32,000 bases of DNA, taken from Salinivibrio kushneri. GTDB lineage: Bacteria; Pseudomonadota; Gammaproteobacteria; Enterobacterales; Vibrionaceae. The stretch is taken from contig NZ_CP114588.1 of assembly GCF_027286325.1 (NCBI RefSeq), forward strand, positions 1,481,317 to 1,513,316, read 5' to 3'. The notes beneath the pieces were generated by a model. It did not search any database. It had not been told where the DNA came from and saw only the letters and a program-made list of their open reading frames with translations. How positions within the stretch are numbered: the first letter of the stretch is position 1; the number at the start of each line of letters is the position of its first letter. The position numbers were made by a program, and so were the translations under genes. This document shows, piece by piece, positions 17,701 to 29,101 of the stretch.

Positions 17701-19168
17701 GCACGGATGGATCAAGACGGTGCAACAGCTGCAAGCCCTGTTCAAATTGATTGGCCGTTGCTGACGCCAGATCGCGTTTATGTTTGAGTGACAGTACGCG
17801 ATCGGTTTGTTCAGACTCTTGCGTTTTCAACGCGTGTAACCGTGTCGTGGCCTCGTCTGCACTGAGGGTCTCATCCTCAGTGAGACGGCGGGCGGTTTCT
17901 AGCGCACTAACCGCTTGTTGATATTGCAAAGACCGCGTTTGTTGCGTGTTGAGCGCTTGTTGATAGTCGGCAAGCTGGGTCTTCAGACTATCCACTTCCT
18001 CTTCACTCTGCGCCGCACGCAATTCAGCCTCAGCAAGCTGCTCTGTGGCCTCTTCCACCACCATGATTTGCTCTTCCAGCTTTTCAGAGAGCTCTAGTAA
18101 GTCTTCTTCATAACGCTGAATCTTTTCTTGTTGGCGCATCGCTGATTGCACCAACTGCAGATGATCGGCCGCCGCTTGGTGATCTTGCTCGAGGTGATCT
18201 TGTCCGGCTTCCAGCTCGGCTAATTCTGCTCGCATGGTTTCCGCATGCTGCTGCTTTTGCTGCAACGTCTGCTGTGCAGCGTTCAGTTCCGCCCGCAATG
18301 ACAGCGCTTGCTCAAGCTTACTACGACGTTCATTAGCATGGCGCATATAGTCCGAGGCAACATAATGCGTCGCTTCGGTGATCAAATGCTTAAACAAATC
18401 ACGGTCGCGCTGCGTCAGCTTGATCGCCTCTAGCGTCATACGGTTTTCTTTCAGCGCCACTTCCATATCTTGGAAAGCTTTTTTCACGCCACCGTTTTGC
18501 GGTAACAGATATTCACGCAACGATTTAGTGATCGCGCTTGAAATACCGCCGTAGAGTGACGCTTCAATCAATCGATAAAACTTGCCTCTATCTTGCTGGG
18601 TACGAAGCTTTTTCGGCAGCACACCAAATTCAAACATTTGCGCGTGATAGTCAGTGACCGAATTGAAGGCTTTAAAGTGCGCAGTCTCATACTCACCCGC
18701 CGCTTCTTTCACCTCGTTAAGCTGACGGACTCGCGCTTGGCCATTGCTCAAGGTTTCCACCAACACATCGGTCGGCGCCACCGATGACGGTAAGCCTTGT
18801 AGGATAAACGGTTTGATATCGACTTTTTTGTCGCGCCCCGCTACTTGTTGAAGACGCACCCCAAACAGCATCCGCTGTTGACGCGAATTCACCACATCTA
18901 ACGCGGCATAACAGGCACCAGGCTGTAATTTACCATGCAAACCCTTATCACGAGACGCGCTCGAGCTCCCCGCCTCTGTGGTATTACGGAAGTGCAACAG
19001 GGTTTGGTCAGGGATCAACGAAGTGATAAAGGCCGCCATGGTAGTCGACTTACCCGCGCCGTTCCCGCCTGATAAGGTAGTAACAAGGGAGTCAATATCA
19101 AAGGTTCGTGCAAAAAAGCCGTTCCAGTTCACCATGGTGAGTGAGTGATACTTACCGCGCTGACTCAT
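14717..19168 (-). CDS. mukB: Chromosome partition protein MukB (SMC-like condensin ATPase)
   Basis: The ORF is 1483 aa. The N-terminus [43 protein letters not shown] is near-identical to E. coli MukB, including the Walker A motif. It has long coiled-coil arms and a C-terminal head with [11 protein letters not shown]. An ATGA overlap joins it to mukE. Confidence 0.97.
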   Translation of the reverse strand: MSQRGKYHSLTMVNWNGFFARTFDIDSLVTTLSGGNGAGKSTTMAAFITSLIPDQTLLHFRNTTEAGSSSASRDKGLHGKLQPGACYAALDVVNSRQQRMLFGVRLQQVAGRDKKVDIKPFILQGLPSSVAPTDVLVETLSNGQARVRQLNEVKEAAGEYETAHFKAFNSVTDYHAQMFEFGVLPKKLRTQQDRGKFYRLIEASLYGGISSAITKSLREYLLPQNGGVKKAFQDMEVALKENRMTLEAIKLTQRDRDLFKHLITEATHYVASDYMRHANERRSKLEQALSLRAELNAAQQTLQQKQQHAETMRAELAELEAGQDHLEQDHQAAADHLQLVQSAMRQQEKIQRYEEDLLELSEKLEEQIMVVEEATEQLAEAELRAAQSEEEVDSLKTQLADYQQALNTQQTRSLQYQQAVSALETARRLTEDETLSADEATTRLHALKTQESEQTDRVLSLKHKRDLASATANQFEQGLQLLHRLDPSVPRAEAGTEAKRWIEQGRERRYLADSLTQRQYEQRELSQRAEQYQHASQLVSEYQTLTGEPLADSDAVEQAAAMQQARRDALQEEKDTQAEQLRELARTQEAVDAQIQDLELKAPTWFAANDALTKLESQTEKSLVDSQAVMAAMHETHEAVRTRTQHQDQLGKQKADIEQAIEQLAQPGGSDDAQLQGLADTLGGTLLSEIYDDITLDDAPYFSALYGPARHAIVVPDLKGVKDKLTDLDACPDDLYIIEGDADAFDDSVFDAQELSGAVCVHLNDRQMRYSRFPATPLFGRAAREHRLEQLREQREALVEDHAKASFDVQKWQRLSQAFSQFIAEHLTVAFEPDPEQAIAACREKRAQTQRAITDAKQALAQHDAEVTRCQQALQILDKLRYCAEALTEDNLEARLQMATERVEAAKEAQGFIQQHGETLAALETSLATLDSDPEQFDKLEQAYQEADNTLQAIKQQVFAVADLAERRPHFAYQDASEMLTQSSELNEQLKAKLKDAEQVRQRERESLKQIQSQTSQYHQVLASLKSAHQSKQETLNEFTRELSELGVQADEDALMRAQSRRDALYEQMHQARQRHSELSRGITSLDMETKSITKELRKLLKQYQALRQFVVNAKAGWCSVLRIARDNGVEKQLHRREMAYMSADELRSLSDKSLGALRLAVADNETLRDALRASEDVGRPERKVLFYVAVYQHLRERIRHDIIRTDDPVEAIEEMEVELARLTEELTQREQRLAISSESVANIIRKTIQREQNRIRMLNQGLQNVGFGQVQGVRLNVSIRETHAQLLMGLAEHADQHQDLFGNPNLTFSEAMAKLFQRLNPHIEMGQRAPQTLGEELLDYRNYLDLGIEVNRGTDGWLKAESGALSTGEAIGTGQAILLMVIQSWEEESRRLRGKDVIPCRLLFLDEAARLDAKSISTLFELCHRLDMQLLIAAPENISPEQGTTYKLVRKIFNDREHVHVVGLRGFGEEKRRELDAEPIVG

Positions 19169-19896
19169 ACTGTCGGCTCCTCCGTTGTCTCTTTGTCGGC
19201 ATTGTCTGCGTCTTCATCCGAGTAGTCATCAAGCAAGCTTGATTGAATATGCGCTTGGCTATGCACCACGGCTTCCCCGTCACGAATCAGACGCAACTGG
19301 GCTTCTTGTGGATCGTCCCCGGTTCTTACATCGGCACCAAAGCGGAAAGTCGCTTCACTGACGCGGAATTTGCTTCCTTCACCGATGGGTAAAATCATCC
19401 CAAGACGACGCAAGCGTCGCAGCGAGGTTTTCACTTTGTCGAAAAGCTTTTCACGATCAAGATCTGAGCCCGTTGCACGATGCGTGACCAACTTCATCAA
19501 TTTTTTCTCATCCGCCAACACCAGCAGCTCATCAAAGAGCTCTTGGGTGGTAAAGATCCCCTCTTGTGCCAAGCGCTCTGGGCTCAAGTACAAAAAGCAA
19601 AGCACTTTGCCAACCAGCATATCGAGTTCAGACAACACGCTGCGCCTGATTAAGCTGGTTGAGCGAGGACGAAGATAGAAAAAGCCCTCTGGGGCGCGCA
19701 CGAGTTCAGCGTTATAACGCTGGTAAAAAATATTAAGCTCTTGCTCAAATTCCATCAGCAAGGCGTGGTTATCCAGATCGTCGCTGGCAATATGGCGGCC
19801 AGCACGCAATGCACTGTCCAACGCCGGGAACAAAGGGTTAGCAATGGCTTTGGCCAGCCCTTCTGGCATTGGCTGTTCAGTATTTATCGATGACAT
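19165..19896 (-). CDS. mukE: Chromosome partition protein MukE
   Basis: The ORF is 243 aa. The segments [18 protein letters not shown]...[14 protein letters not shown]...[25 protein letters not shown] align along the whole length with E. coli MukE. It has an acidic C-terminal tail. Confidence 0.97.
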   Translation of the reverse strand: MSSINTEQPMPEGLAKAIANPLFPALDSALRAGRHIASDDLDNHALLMEFEQELNIFYQRYNAELVRAPEGFFYLRPRSTSLIRRSVLSELDMLVGKVLCFLYLSPERLAQEGIFTTQELFDELLVLADEKKLMKLVTHRATGSDLDREKLFDKVKTSLRRLRRLGMILPIGEGSKFRVSEATFRFGADVRTGDDPQEAQLRLIRDGEAVVHSQAHIQSSLLDDYSDEDADNADKETTEEPTV

Positions 19897-21241
19897 TCGC
19901 TTGTACCTTAGCTCCGAAGTCGTTAATCGCCTGCCAATCAGGCTGAATCGCGTTGAGATCAGATTGGGAGTAGCCCATCCGAACCGCTTGGTTAATCACT
20001 AAGCGCGCGAGATCAAAATGGCGAGCTTGTGGATGCTCGGCTAAGTAATCTTTCAGAACACGACCTAAGTCGATCGCTTGTCCGGTTTCTCGATGGCGGT
20101 TGAGCATCTGTGACACTTTCTGCGAAAGGCCATCGTCAACCACACTTAATTGTTCAAACGCCACCTCTTCTGGCATCTCTCCTGTGACTTCATCGTCACG
20201 TAACACCAACGCTTCATCTCGCGTATCACGCAGTCGCTCAGCATCGGCATAGGTTAAAAACCATGACGCGTCAAAGTAGTCTGATACCGACTGACGTAAA
20301 CGCTGGCTGAATGCACGGTTTTTATCCATATCAATCGCGGTGCGAATAAATTTATGCACATGGCGGTCGTATCCTATCCATAGGTCGATCGCTTGCTGTC
20401 CCCAGTTCACGATACGGTCTAGCTTCATTTGCAAGCTGTATACCATGCTATCGACGAAGTCGAGGTCATCACGGCCCCGAACCACCTCTTGGATCTCCAG
20501 CAGCTGGCTTTGAAGCTCATCCCCCGCGGCCTGAAGTGTTTCTTGCAACTCTTGCAGGGTGCTCGAGGTTTCGTTGAGCAAATATTCACAGTTGGCGATT
20601 GCGGCTTGCCAATCTTGGGTCAGTAGCGCGGCAATGTCTTCTTTGACCTGTTGCTGCTGCTCATCCATTACGCGCTGATTAAGATCGATGCGGTCAAAAA
20701 TCTCGGCGACCGAGTACTTCAACACGCCATAAACATTATGGCGCCAAAAAGTGGCATCACCGTCCTGTTCAGCGGCGCGACGCGCCTTGGCGATTTCATC
20801 GGCCACCATGGATAGCTGCACTGAAAGCTTCAAGGTCGAGTACTCACGGTGACGGGCGTAATAATCCGCAATCCCCAACGCCAACGGCGTGAGACGGTAA
20901 ATGCTGTCACCATCAGTCATTTCACTGGTAAACCGACTTAGCAGTCTCGCTTGTACCATTTCGTTGATGGCATTGTTGGCGCGGAAGGCAACATTGCCAA
21001 GACTGCCCCCTTCATCACTTGTAAACTGCTCGCTAACCAACCGAAAAACGTCCACGAGCTCGTGTTCACTCAATTCGTCTTCTAATCTTTCCTGGCTCAT
21101 CACCGCCATCGCCAGCAAAAATGCCAAGCGCTCTGGCGGCAGGTTTAACCCCAAGCCACTTTGTTTTACCCAACTGACCAACTCAGGTACTGTCTGAGCG
21201 TCGTCTGCCCAATGCTGGGAAGACTGAGCCTGATCACTCAT
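19877..21241 (-). CDS. mukF: Chromosome partition protein MukF (kleisin)
   Basis: The ORF is 454 aa. The segments [12 protein letters not shown]...RLAFLLA...[15 protein letters not shown]...[32 protein letters not shown]...[13 protein letters not shown] match E. coli MukF end to end. It overlaps mukE by 20 nt. Confidence 0.97.
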   Translation of the reverse strand: MSDQAQSSQHWADDAQTVPELVSWVKQSGLGLNLPPERLAFLLAMAVMSQERLEDELSEHELVDVFRLVSEQFTSDEGGSLGNVAFRANNAINEMVQARLLSRFTSEMTDGDSIYRLTPLALGIADYYARHREYSTLKLSVQLSMVADEIAKARRAAEQDGDATFWRHNVYGVLKYSVAEIFDRIDLNQRVMDEQQQQVKEDIAALLTQDWQAAIANCEYLLNETSSTLQELQETLQAAGDELQSQLLEIQEVVRGRDDLDFVDSMVYSLQMKLDRIVNWGQQAIDLWIGYDRHVHKFIRTAIDMDKNRAFSQRLRQSVSDYFDASWFLTYADAERLRDTRDEALVLRDDEVTGEMPEEVAFEQLSVVDDGLSQKVSQMLNRHRETGQAIDLGRVLKDYLAEHPQARHFDLARLVINQAVRMGYSQSDLNAIQPDWQAINDFGAKVQANVIDKY

Positions 21242-22083
21242 CCGTTGTCCTTGTTTTCATCTTGATTGCGTGGGGCATGATGTTGGCCCCAGACATGAAT
21301 ATATCGCCCAAGAGACACAAACGGCTCTTGGCGGCAAAGCTGCTGCTCTAATGCAATAACTTGCTCAAAGGTAAAATCACCAATATTGGTATCACGCATA
21401 TAATCGTGAAAGGTGCGCACGCCTGTTTTACCTTTGAGGGTAATGTCACTGTCTTGCATCCATCGATACACGCTCTCTGGTTGCAAGCCTTTAGGTGGCT
21501 GAAGTTTAAACCGCTTGCGATGCGGCATGCCTTCCTCAACATGCGTGAGGTTACCGCACACGAGGTTCTTAAATAGCAACCCAGTTTGGTTATAGAACAT
21601 CACCGATGCAATTCCGCCCGGTCGCAAGTGCTTGAGCAAGTCTTTCAACACCTGCTCTGGTTCGGCGGTCCACTCCAGTACCGCATGAAATAAAATCACA
21701 TCCGGTGGATCACTCAAATGGTCGCCAATCGTCTGCACCGACGAATGAACCAGCTGATACTGCGCAAGTAAGCCCCGTTGTTCAATCTCCTGACGGGCTA
21801 AGTCGAGCATTTGCGAAGAAAGATCACATAAAGTGACCCTGTGACCACGGGCTGCCAAGTGCTGGGATATAGGGGCAACCCCACCGCCAGCATCTAAAAT
21901 ATGCAGTGTCTGCTCAGGCGGGAAACATTGCAGGATCTGCTCGATGTCCTGCCAAACAACCGCTTGGCGGATTTCGCCTTTGCCCGATCCATAAATGTTT
22001 TTAACAAATTTGTGGGCAATGTCGTCGAAATTTTTATCCTCAGTCACAATGGCATTCGTTATCATTGAGTGGTAGAAAGGCAT
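21238..22083 (-). CDS. cmoM: tRNA uridine 5-oxyacetic acid(34) methyltransferase CmoM (formerly SmtA)
   Basis: The segments [33 protein letters not shown] motif [18 protein letters not shown] and [11 protein letters not shown]...[15 protein letters not shown] align with E. coli CmoM/SmtA. It has an ATGA overlap with mukF, as in the E. coli smtA-mukFEB operon. The start is uncertain (ATG at 22083 or 22065). Confidence 0.9.
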   Translation of the reverse strand: MPFYHSMITNAIVTEDKNFDDIAHKFVKNIYGSGKGEIRQAVVWQDIEQILQCFPPEQTLHILDAGGGVAPISQHLAARGHRVTLCDLSSQMLDLARQEIEQRGLLAQYQLVHSSVQTIGDHLSDPPDVILFHAVLEWTAEPEQVLKDLLKHLRPGGIASVMFYNQTGLLFKNLVCGNLTHVEEGMPHRKRFKLQPPKGLQPESVYRWMQDSDITLKGKTGVRTFHDYMRDTNIGDFTFEQVIALEQQLCRQEPFVSLGRYIHVWGQHHAPRNQDENKDNG

Positions 22084-22162
22084 ATTCTGTCACAAGCCTT
22101 ACGTTAATAAAGGTTTATGGCACTATTTGTGCCTCGTTTGACTATATTTCGGGCGACATTGC

Positions 22163-22936
22163 ATGTTTGAATTAAAAAAACTTATCTCAACCTTGATAAT
22201 GCCCTTGCCCGCGCTGTTGTTGTTGGGTCTTTTCGGGCTATGCCTGCTTTGGTTCTCTCAGCGTAAAAGGCTGGCATCTTTTGTTATCTTCGTTGCGTTT
22301 GCTGGGATTTTTCTCACTTCGTTTCAACCGGTCGCCTCAGGGCTCCTTCGTCCACTTGAGCGTCAATACACCGCGTTTCTCCCTACGGAAAAGCCGGTGG
22401 ACTTTGTCATGGTACTGGGCAACAGTCATGTGGTAGATGACGCCATCCCCCCAACCTCTGAGCTTTCTCGTGCGGCGTTGATGCGCTTAGCAGAAGGCAT
22501 CCGTATTCACCGTATGTACCCCACCTCCAAGCTGATTTTGTCAGGCTATGATCATGGTTATGAAGTCAGCCATGCGCGTATGTTGGCACGTGTCGCGATG
22601 GCATTGGGTGTCAATAAAAACAGTATCCTGTTACTTGAAACCGCCAAGGATACGTGGGAGGAAGCCTATCAAGCCGCATCGGTAGTCGGGAGTAGTAACC
22701 TGGTGCTCGTCACATCCGCAGCACACATGGATCGCGCGGTTTATGAGTTTCAAAGCGCTGGACTCGACCCCATCCCAGCTCCCACTAACTTCATGGCGCA
22801 GAAGCAAATTAAGCAACCATGGATAAAATACGGTCCACGTGCGCAATACCTCGAGCAATTCGAACGCTATTGGCACGAGCGATTGGGACAAGCGTGGCAA
22901 CGGCTTCGTGACTTTATCGCTCAGCCAACTGATTAA
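22163..22936 (+). CDS. elyC: Envelope biogenesis factor ElyC (YcbC; DUF218/SanA-YdcF family), N-terminal membrane anchor
   Basis: The ORF is 257 aa with two N-terminal hydrophobic helices. The DUF218 core motifs are VMVLGNSH, ILSGYD and LVTSAAHMDRA. It is divergent from cmoM, exactly as elyC is in E. coli. Confidence 0.8.
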   Translation: MFELKKLISTLIMPLPALLLLGLFGLCLLWFSQRKRLASFVIFVAFAGIFLTSFQPVASGLLRPLERQYTAFLPTEKPVDFVMVLGNSHVVDDAIPPTSELSRAALMRLAEGIRIHRMYPTSKLILSGYDHGYEVSHARMLARVAMALGVNKNSILLLETAKDTWEEAYQAASVVGSSNLVLVTSAAHMDRAVYEFQSAGLDPIPAPTNFMAQKQIKQPWIKYGPRAQYLEQFERYWHERLGQAWQRLRDFIAQPTD

Positions 22937-22958
22937 GCTCACCAAAGCGTCAACCATC

Positions 22959-22988
22959 AAAAAGCCGCGATTGATTCGCGGCTTTTTT
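22959..22988. terminator. Bidirectional rho-independent terminator between elyC (+) and kdsB (-)
   Basis: The sequence is AAAAAGCCGCGA-TTGAT-TCGCGGCTTTTTT. It has a perfect stem with A-runs and T-runs on both sides. Confidence 0.8.
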
Positions 22989-23019
22989 ATTATTACTCAC
23001 AGTAGGCATAAAACCACGT

Positions 23020-23787
23020 CTATATGTCGCCATCTGCGGCTAAGTAGGCGCGAACAGCGTCTAAGTCTGCTTGAGTATCGACGCCATGAGGGGGCGTCTG
23101 TGTAGCAACCGCAACATGGATCTTCTCGCCATGCCATAACACACGCAGTTGCTCCAACGATTCAATTTTTTCCAACGGGCTCGGCGTCCAGTGGATGTAA
23201 CGGCTGATAAATCCTGCACGATAGCCGTAAATACCAATATGGCGCAGCAACGCCTGCGGAATGTCAGGTGATTCAGCCTCGAAATGATCGCGATCCCAAG
23301 GGATGGTGGCGCGACTAAAATACAGGGCAAACCCTTTTTGATCCGTCACGACTTTGACCACATTGGGGTTGAACACTTGCTCTTTGTCATCGATGACAAC
23401 GGCCAATGTTGCCATCGGTGCTTGATCATTCTGGCTGAGGTTCTCTGCCACTTGACCAATCACCGCAGCGGGGATCAACGGTTCATCACCTTGCACATTG
23501 ACGATAATATCGTCATCGGCAAAGCCATAGCGTTCAACAACCTCGGCCAAGCGCTCAGTGCCAGACTCATGGTCGGCACGTGTTAAACACACCTCACCGC
23601 CAAACGCCCGTACCGCCGTTTCAATACGCTGGTCGTCGGTGGCAACAATCACCTGACTGGCACCCGCCGCTTGGGCGCGCTCGTACACATGTTGGATCAT
23701 CGGCTTACCAGCGATATCAGCCAACGGTTTACCCGGCAAGCGGCTTGAGCCAAACCGCGCCGGGATCACCACATAAAACGGGCTCAT
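23020..23787 (-). CDS. kdsB: 3-deoxy-manno-octulosonate cytidylyltransferase (CMP-Kdo synthetase)
   Basis: The ORF is 255 aa. The N-terminus [33 protein letters not shown] matches E. coli KdsB. The motif [10 protein letters not shown] is present. An ATGA overlap joins it to ycaR. Confidence 0.95.
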   Translation of the reverse strand: MSPFYVVIPARFGSSRLPGKPLADIAGKPMIQHVYERAQAAGASQVIVATDDQRIETAVRAFGGEVCLTRADHESGTERLAEVVERYGFADDDIIVNVQGDEPLIPAAVIGQVAENLSQNDQAPMATLAVVIDDKEQVFNPNVVKVVTDQKGFALYFSRATIPWDRDHFEAESPDIPQALLRHIGIYGYRAGFISRYIHWTPSPLEKIESLEQLRVLWHGEKIHVAVATQTPPHGVDTQADLDAVRAYLAADGDI

Positions 23788-23966
23788 CCCTGGACCTCTT
23801 CCAATGACATATCGCGAGCTTCTGATTCAAGCAGCACGGGAATACCATCGATGATGGGGTAAGCAACACGATCAAATTTACAAACTAACTCATTGTTATC
23901 ACGTTGATAATAGAGTTTTCCCTGGCATGATGGGCAGGCCACAATTTCAAGCAGGCGGTGATCCAT
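23784..23966 (-). CDS. ycaR: Trm112-family small zinc-ribbon protein YcaR
   Basis: The ORF is 60 aa. The sequence [51 protein letters not shown] is close to E. coli YcaR, and it holds the same position upstream of kdsB. Confidence 0.88.
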   Translation of the reverse strand: MDHRLLEIVACPSCQGKLYYQRDNNELVCKFDRVAYPIIDGIPVLLESEARDMSLEEVQG

Positions 23967-23975
23967 AGCGTTCCT

Positions 23976-24971
23976 TTATTCTTTATTCGCGTTTGTGTGC
24001 AAACGTTCGATCTTAGTTAATACGGCCTGAGCCGCCTCGTCAGGCAGCCGCGCCTCTACCGGCAAATACCACCAGTTATCTTGGGCGATCCCTTGGTATT
24101 TTACCGCATCTTTTTCTGTCATCAGCAAATGTTGCCCCTTCTTGCTCAACCTGTCCAGCTCGTCAGCGCTGAGGGTTTGATGATCGTTAATCCCTTGGCT
24201 ATGCACAGGTGTCACACCCATTTGCTGTAAGGTGTTAAAAAAGCGTGGTGGGTGGCCAATCCCTGCTACCGCCACCACTTGCGGTAGCATTGAAGCTTGA
24301 CAGCGTTGTCCCGTGCGCAGGTTAACCGCCAAGCCAGCCACCAGGTGCATTCCCCATTCTTGGCCTTGTGGAGTCCCACCATTGGTGACCAACATATCGA
24401 CGCTCTCAAGCCTATCGAGTGATTCGCGCAACGGCCCCAATGGCAGGTAATGACCATTACCAAACCGACGCTGACCATCAATGATCACGATTTCGATGTC
24501 TCTATCCAGCCGATAATGTTGGAGACCATCATCAGTGACCACAATATCAACACCTTCTTGAAGGACGCGCTTAACCGCCTCGCTACGGTTGGGGTCAACA
24601 CAAACCGGCACCTGAGTACGACGTGCAATTAATACTGGTTCGTCTCCCGCCGTGCGCGGTGGCGTGGTTTGGCTGAGTAATAGTGGATATTGCTCGGATT
24701 TGCCGCCATACCCGCGTGACACCACCCCTGGTCGGTAGCCATGCGCTTTTAGTTGTTCTACCAACCAAATCACAAACGGGGTTTTACCGTTGCCGCCAAC
24801 CATGATGTTCCCCACCACGATTACCGGTACAGGGGCTGAATAGCGCTGTATTTTGCCGCGTAAATATTGACGACGGCGATGGCGCGCAACGAGGCCAAAT
24901 AACGCACTAAGCGGCCTTAATAAGGCCGACCATAGCGGGCGTTGATGACCAAACCACAGTTGCTCTAACAT
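23976..24971 (-). CDS. lpxK: Tetraacyldisaccharide 4'-kinase (lipid A biosynthesis)
   Basis: The ORF is 331 aa. It has the P-loop VVGNIMVGGNGKTP, then GVVSRGYGG and TDDGLQHYRL. It lies directly downstream of msbA, as in E. coli. Confidence 0.93.
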   Translation of the reverse strand: MLEQLWFGHQRPLWSALLRPLSALFGLVARHRRRQYLRGKIQRYSAPVPVIVVGNIMVGGNGKTPFVIWLVEQLKAHGYRPGVVSRGYGGKSEQYPLLLSQTTPPRTAGDEPVLIARRTQVPVCVDPNRSEAVKRVLQEGVDIVVTDDGLQHYRLDRDIEIVIIDGQRRFGNGHYLPLGPLRESLDRLESVDMLVTNGGTPQGQEWGMHLVAGLAVNLRTGQRCQASMLPQVVAVAGIGHPPRFFNTLQQMGVTPVHSQGINDHQTLSADELDRLSKKGQHLLMTEKDAVKYQGIAQDNWWYLPVEARLPDEAAQAVLTKIERLHTNANKE

Positions 24972-24973
24972 CC

Positions 24974-26728
24974 TCAGTCACCAAACTGGATACGGTGAAG
25001 TTGTGCATAAGCGCCATCACGTTCAAGTAGTGCTTGATGACTACCACGCTCGACGATCTCACCTTCGTCGACAACCAGAATCTGATCGGCATCTTCAATG
25101 GTCGACAACCGGTGTGCAATCACTAACACCGTACGGTCTTTTTGCAGCTCATCCAATGCCGCCTGAATCGCACGCTCAGACTCGGTATCCAGTGCCGACG
25201 TTGCTTCATCCAGGATCAAAACTGGCGCGTTACGTAGCAAGGCGCGCGCAATGGCCAAGCGCTGACGCTGTCCGCCTGACAAGCTCACCCCGTTTTCACC
25301 AATCATGGTGTCATAGCCATGGTCAAGCTCTCGAATAAAGTCATCAGCGTAGGCAAGCTTGGCGGCATGCTCTATTTGCTCACGGCTGTATTTATGTTCT
25401 GCGGCATACGCGATGTTATTCGCCACCGTGTCATTAAACAGGTGAACGTTTTGCGACACCACCGCGACATGCTGGCGCAAATTACCCAGCGTATAGTCCT
25501 CAATCGGTACGCCATCGAGCGTAATCACGCCACTGTCAAGTTCATAAAAACGGGTTAACAAGTTGGCAATGGTACTTTTTCCTGACCCTGAGCGTCCCAC
25601 CAGCGCTAGGGTTTGACCCGCGGGCAGCTCAAAGCTGACATGGTTGAGTGCCGGTGCGTCGCGAGTGGGGTAAGTAAAGACCACATTATCGACCTGAATA
25701 TCGCCATTGACCTGCTCAACCTCATGCGTCCCGGTGTCTTTCTCGGTCTCAAGCTCCATCAGGTTAAATAAGCTATGGCAAGCCGCCATCCCGCGTTGGA
25801 ATTGCGAGGTGACGTTGGTCAAAGATTTAAGTGGGCGCATCAGACCAAACATGGCACCAAACACCACCGCAAAGGTACCTGCAGTTAGCTCAGAGCGGAT
25901 CGCCTCGGTGTTGGCCAAAATCAACACCACCACCAATGCCATTGACGCAATTAACTGGATCACTGGGTTGGCAATCGCTTGTGCAGACACCAGCTTCATG
26001 GTCTGCTGACGCATACGGTTACTGACTTTCTCAAAACGCGTTTTTTCAACGTCTTGTCCACCGTAGCTAAGCACCACTTTGTGCCCCTTAAGCATTTGCT
26101 CGGCGGAGCTAGTCACCGACCCCATTGCATCTTGCATATTGGAAGAAATGCGACGGAAGCGCTTAGAGACGATGCGAATAGAAATCGCGACCACCGGCGC
26201 AATCACCAGAAGAATGGCGGAGAGCTGCCAGCTTGACCAAAACATCAACGCCATCAAACCGATGATGGATGCCCCTTCGCGCACCAAACTGACCAAGGCG
26301 CTACTGGTCGCTGACGCCACTTGTTCTGAGTCATACGTAATCCGAGAAAGCAGTGCCCCCGACGACTCTTGATCAAAAAAGCTGACGGGCATTTTCATAA
26401 AGTGATTGAACATCCGGCGGCGCATGGTCATCACCACATGACCCGATACCCAAGATAAGCAATAAGCGGACACAAAGCTCGACAAGCCACGTATCACCAT
26501 GAGTGCGACCAAATAGACAGGCATCCATTTGAGGAAATCGCCTTTGACATCGTCATAGGTAAAGCCTTGATCAAGCAACGGCTTCAGCATTGAGAGCATC
26601 AGGGTGTCACTGGCGGCATTAATCACCAACGCAATAATGGCAACAATGAGGCCTACTTTATAGTTAGCAATGTAGGGCCATAGCTGCTTAAACGTCTGCC
26701 AGGTCGTTTTATCTTGATATTCGCTCAT
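24974..26728 (-). CDS. msbA: Lipid A / LPS-core flippase, ABC transporter MsbA
   Basis: The ORF is 584 aa. The N-terminus [22 protein letters not shown] resembles E. coli MsbA. It has six TM helices, Walker [10 protein letters not shown], the signature [16 protein letters not shown] and Walker [12 protein letters not shown]. Confidence 0.95.
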   Translation of the reverse strand: MSEYQDKTTWQTFKQLWPYIANYKVGLIVAIIALVINAASDTLMLSMLKPLLDQGFTYDDVKGDFLKWMPVYLVALMVIRGLSSFVSAYCLSWVSGHVVMTMRRRMFNHFMKMPVSFFDQESSGALLSRITYDSEQVASATSSALVSLVREGASIIGLMALMFWSSWQLSAILLVIAPVVAISIRIVSKRFRRISSNMQDAMGSVTSSAEQMLKGHKVVLSYGGQDVEKTRFEKVSNRMRQQTMKLVSAQAIANPVIQLIASMALVVVLILANTEAIRSELTAGTFAVVFGAMFGLMRPLKSLTNVTSQFQRGMAACHSLFNLMELETEKDTGTHEVEQVNGDIQVDNVVFTYPTRDAPALNHVSFELPAGQTLALVGRSGSGKSTIANLLTRFYELDSGVITLDGVPIEDYTLGNLRQHVAVVSQNVHLFNDTVANNIAYAAEHKYSREQIEHAAKLAYADDFIRELDHGYDTMIGENGVSLSGGQRQRLAIARALLRNAPVLILDEATSALDTESERAIQAALDELQKDRTVLVIAHRLSTIEDADQILVVDEGEIVERGSHQALLERDGAYAQLHRIQFGD

Positions 26729-26771
26729 TAAAATCGTTTAGATGTGTTAAACAGACGGGCATTCTACTCTT

Positions 26772-29072
26772 TTACAAGTCTGCGTCCAAATATACTGGCC
26801 GACGTTTAAACATCTGACGATACCAATAATCGCTGCGGTCCTGCCGCCAACGTGTTAACTGCCAACCAGAGCCGACGTCCTGCCAACGCACTTGGCCATT
26901 CGCGGCCGTATCAAGCCAGGTAATACCAGCGTTTTGATAAGCCAACGTCACCGCTTGTGACGGAAGCTGCCATGGGTTGAGAAGCCCTGTTGACGCCACG
27001 CCCCAAATAGGGTCAACGGCGCGAATAAACGCTGAGGAAGACGAAGACGCACTACCATGATGGGGCACTAAGATGATGTCACTATTAAGTGCCTGTTTGT
27101 CAGTCAGAGAGGCCAACAAATCAGCCTCCCCACTCGCTTCTATATCGCCCGTGAGCAACACGCTACGCCCATCGCCAGACACCCGGATCACACAGGAGTC
27201 ATCATTATCAGCACGCGACTTTTTTGCTGGCGGCCAGAGTACCGAAAAGGTAAGTCCTTGCCAGCGCCAACGCTCTCCGGCCACACAGGCTTGATACCCA
27301 TCGCGACGCTCACTGGCGCGTCGCCACTGTGGTGAATAAGTAGCAGAAATAAATTCAGCGCCACCATCATGGTCACTGTCACCATGGCTAAGAATCAGGC
27401 CATCTAACTGCCTGACTTGCCGATGGGTCAGAATCGGTGCGATAACCGCCTGAGCAATGCCACCCACCTGCCAGCGGTTGCCCGTGTCATAGAGCACCGC
27501 ACGGTTATTCTTACTGATCAATACAGCGAGCCCATGACCAACGTCCAACACATCAATTTGCCAGTTGACCGGATTGGGTTCTCGCCAAGCCACTACCGCC
27601 GCGACAAGGACCAGCATTACCGCTTTTAAACGATGCCAGCGCCACCCGTAGAGACCCCAAACGAGCACCATCGCCGATATTGCCCAGCCTGCCGAGGTAA
27701 CTGGGGCGGGTAACCAGGTGTCAGCAGCCTGATCAGCCAGCGCCATAACAGGTTGAAGGCTGGCATTTGCCCCGCCCCACACCCAATCCGCGACACGGGA
27801 GAGCGATAAACTCTCACTCAGTAGGCCGACAAAAACCAGGGGTACGGTCACCATGCCTACCCAAGGGACCGCCACAAGGTTAATGGGCGTGGCGGCAGCG
27901 CTGATCCCTGCAAACAACCCCAACTGCAAAGGGAGCATCCCCACTAATAGAATCAGTTGAATACCAATAAGCTGCTTGATTGGACGAAGCCAAGGCCTTG
28001 TGTGTTTTCGACCACCAGAAGCGACGTGAGTCAGCGAGTAATGCGCGATGCATAAGGCCCCCACGGCGGCAAATGAGAGCCAAAAACTCACCGAGAAACC
28101 AGCAAAAGGATCGCGGAGCAATACCAATAGCAAAGTTAACTGCAGCAAATTGAGCAGGGAAATTCGGGCACCCAAGCGTTTAGTGATCGAGACCAGCATC
28201 AATGCAATGAGCGCGCGCTGAGTGGGCAGTGCAAACCCGGCTAATGCCGCATAGAGCGACGCCACCCCAACCGCAACGTACAACGGCAACCATAAAAACA
28301 GGCGTCGCTCAGGGAGAAAGACGCGCGCCCAGCGACCGATTTGCCACCCTATCCCGTAAGCCAAACCGATATGCAATCCTGAAATGGCCATCAAATGCGC
28401 CAAACCACTGCGTGTCAGGGTGTCCCAGTCCGCTGGAGTTAGCCACTCACGCTCACCAAGGCTCAATGCCAAAAGGTGCGGACCAAAGGCAAGCGGCGAC
28501 AAAACTGGGCTGAGTTTATCAAGCAACTGCTGACGCCAACTCACCTGCTCGGTCAAACGGGTCGCCTGTTTCAAACGTGCCTTGGCGTGCACACGCCTTG
28601 CCACATAATACTGTTCGGCATCGAACCCTGCCTCGTTTAACCGCCCATAAGGCGGCTTAAACGTCACCAGCAATTGCCAGCGCTCGCCTTGCTTAGGGTA
28701 CGGGGGAGATTGCCAATAAACACGCACTCTGGCTGAGCGAAAAGGCGGCAGTCTTGTTTGATTAATTTTATCGACGTCAAAAATAATCGCTTGCGCGCCC
28801 GTTTTCGCACTAAAAAGGGTGCCCACTGTCCCACTGATTGTAGTATCCTCTTGGTGTGAAATGACGTGGATCACGTCGGCTTGATACAAGCTTGCGGACA
28901 ATACAGCCCAAGTGAGCCCTAACGCGCTCCCAGCGAGCCACCACCAACGTCTTTTCCACCCAATAAAGAAGACGATAACTGTCATGATGCAGACCCAAAT
29001 TGGCGGTAACATTGGCCACCAAGGTAGCGACAGCACAGCCAGTGCGGCAGTCAGTGTAAAGGTCAGCGTCAT
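26772..29072 (-). CDS. comEC: DNA internalisation-related competence protein ComEC/Rec2
   Basis: It is a polytopic membrane core with a C-terminal metallo-beta-lactamase domain (LILSHGDSDHDGG, VPHHGS). I re-called the start to the ATG at 29072 (MTLTFTLTAALAVLSLPWW, the first TM helix). The 31-codon GTG-initiated extension in the track would overlap the divergent gene. It lies upstream of msbA, as E. coli ycaI does. Confidence 0.85.
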   Translation of the reverse strand: MTLTFTLTAALAVLSLPWWPMLPPIWVCIMTVIVFFIGWKRRWWWLAGSALGLTWAVLSASLYQADVIHVISHQEDTTISGTVGTLFSAKTGAQAIIFDVDKINQTRLPPFRSARVRVYWQSPPYPKQGERWQLLVTFKPPYGRLNEAGFDAEQYYVARRVHAKARLKQATRLTEQVSWRQQLLDKLSPVLSPLAFGPHLLALSLGEREWLTPADWDTLTRSGLAHLMAISGLHIGLAYGIGWQIGRWARVFLPERRLFLWLPLYVAVGVASLYAALAGFALPTQRALIALMLVSITKRLGARISLLNLLQLTLLLVLLRDPFAGFSVSFWLSFAAVGALCIAHYSLTHVASGGRKHTRPWLRPIKQLIGIQLILLVGMLPLQLGLFAGISAAATPINLVAVPWVGMVTVPLVFVGLLSESLSLSRVADWVWGGANASLQPVMALADQAADTWLPAPVTSAGWAISAMVLVWGLYGWRWHRLKAVMLVLVAAVVAWREPNPVNWQIDVLDVGHGLAVLISKNNRAVLYDTGNRWQVGGIAQAVIAPILTHRQVRQLDGLILSHGDSDHDGGAEFISATYSPQWRRASERRDGYQACVAGERWRWQGLTFSVLWPPAKKSRADNDDSCVIRVSGDGRSVLLTGDIEASGEADLLASLTDKQALNSDIILVPHHGSASSSSSAFIRAVDPIWGVASTGLLNPWQLPSQAVTLAYQNAGITWLDTAANGQVRWQDVGSGWQLTRWRQDRSDYWYRQMFKRRPVYLDADL

Positions 29073-29101
29073 TGCGTAATTTCCAGGTAATGTAAACAGG
29101 T

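Noticed and set aside
15017-18787. There are several 60-145-aa ORFs antisense to mukB, for example 15017-15382, 15386-15742, 16361-16798 and 17389-17787.
   Set aside because: They lie opposite a 1483-aa CDS with end-to-end MukB homology. Their R/L/Q/C-rich translations are the mirror image of the Glu/Gln/Leu/Ala-rich coiled-coil codons. They have no SD sequences and no recognisable motifs.
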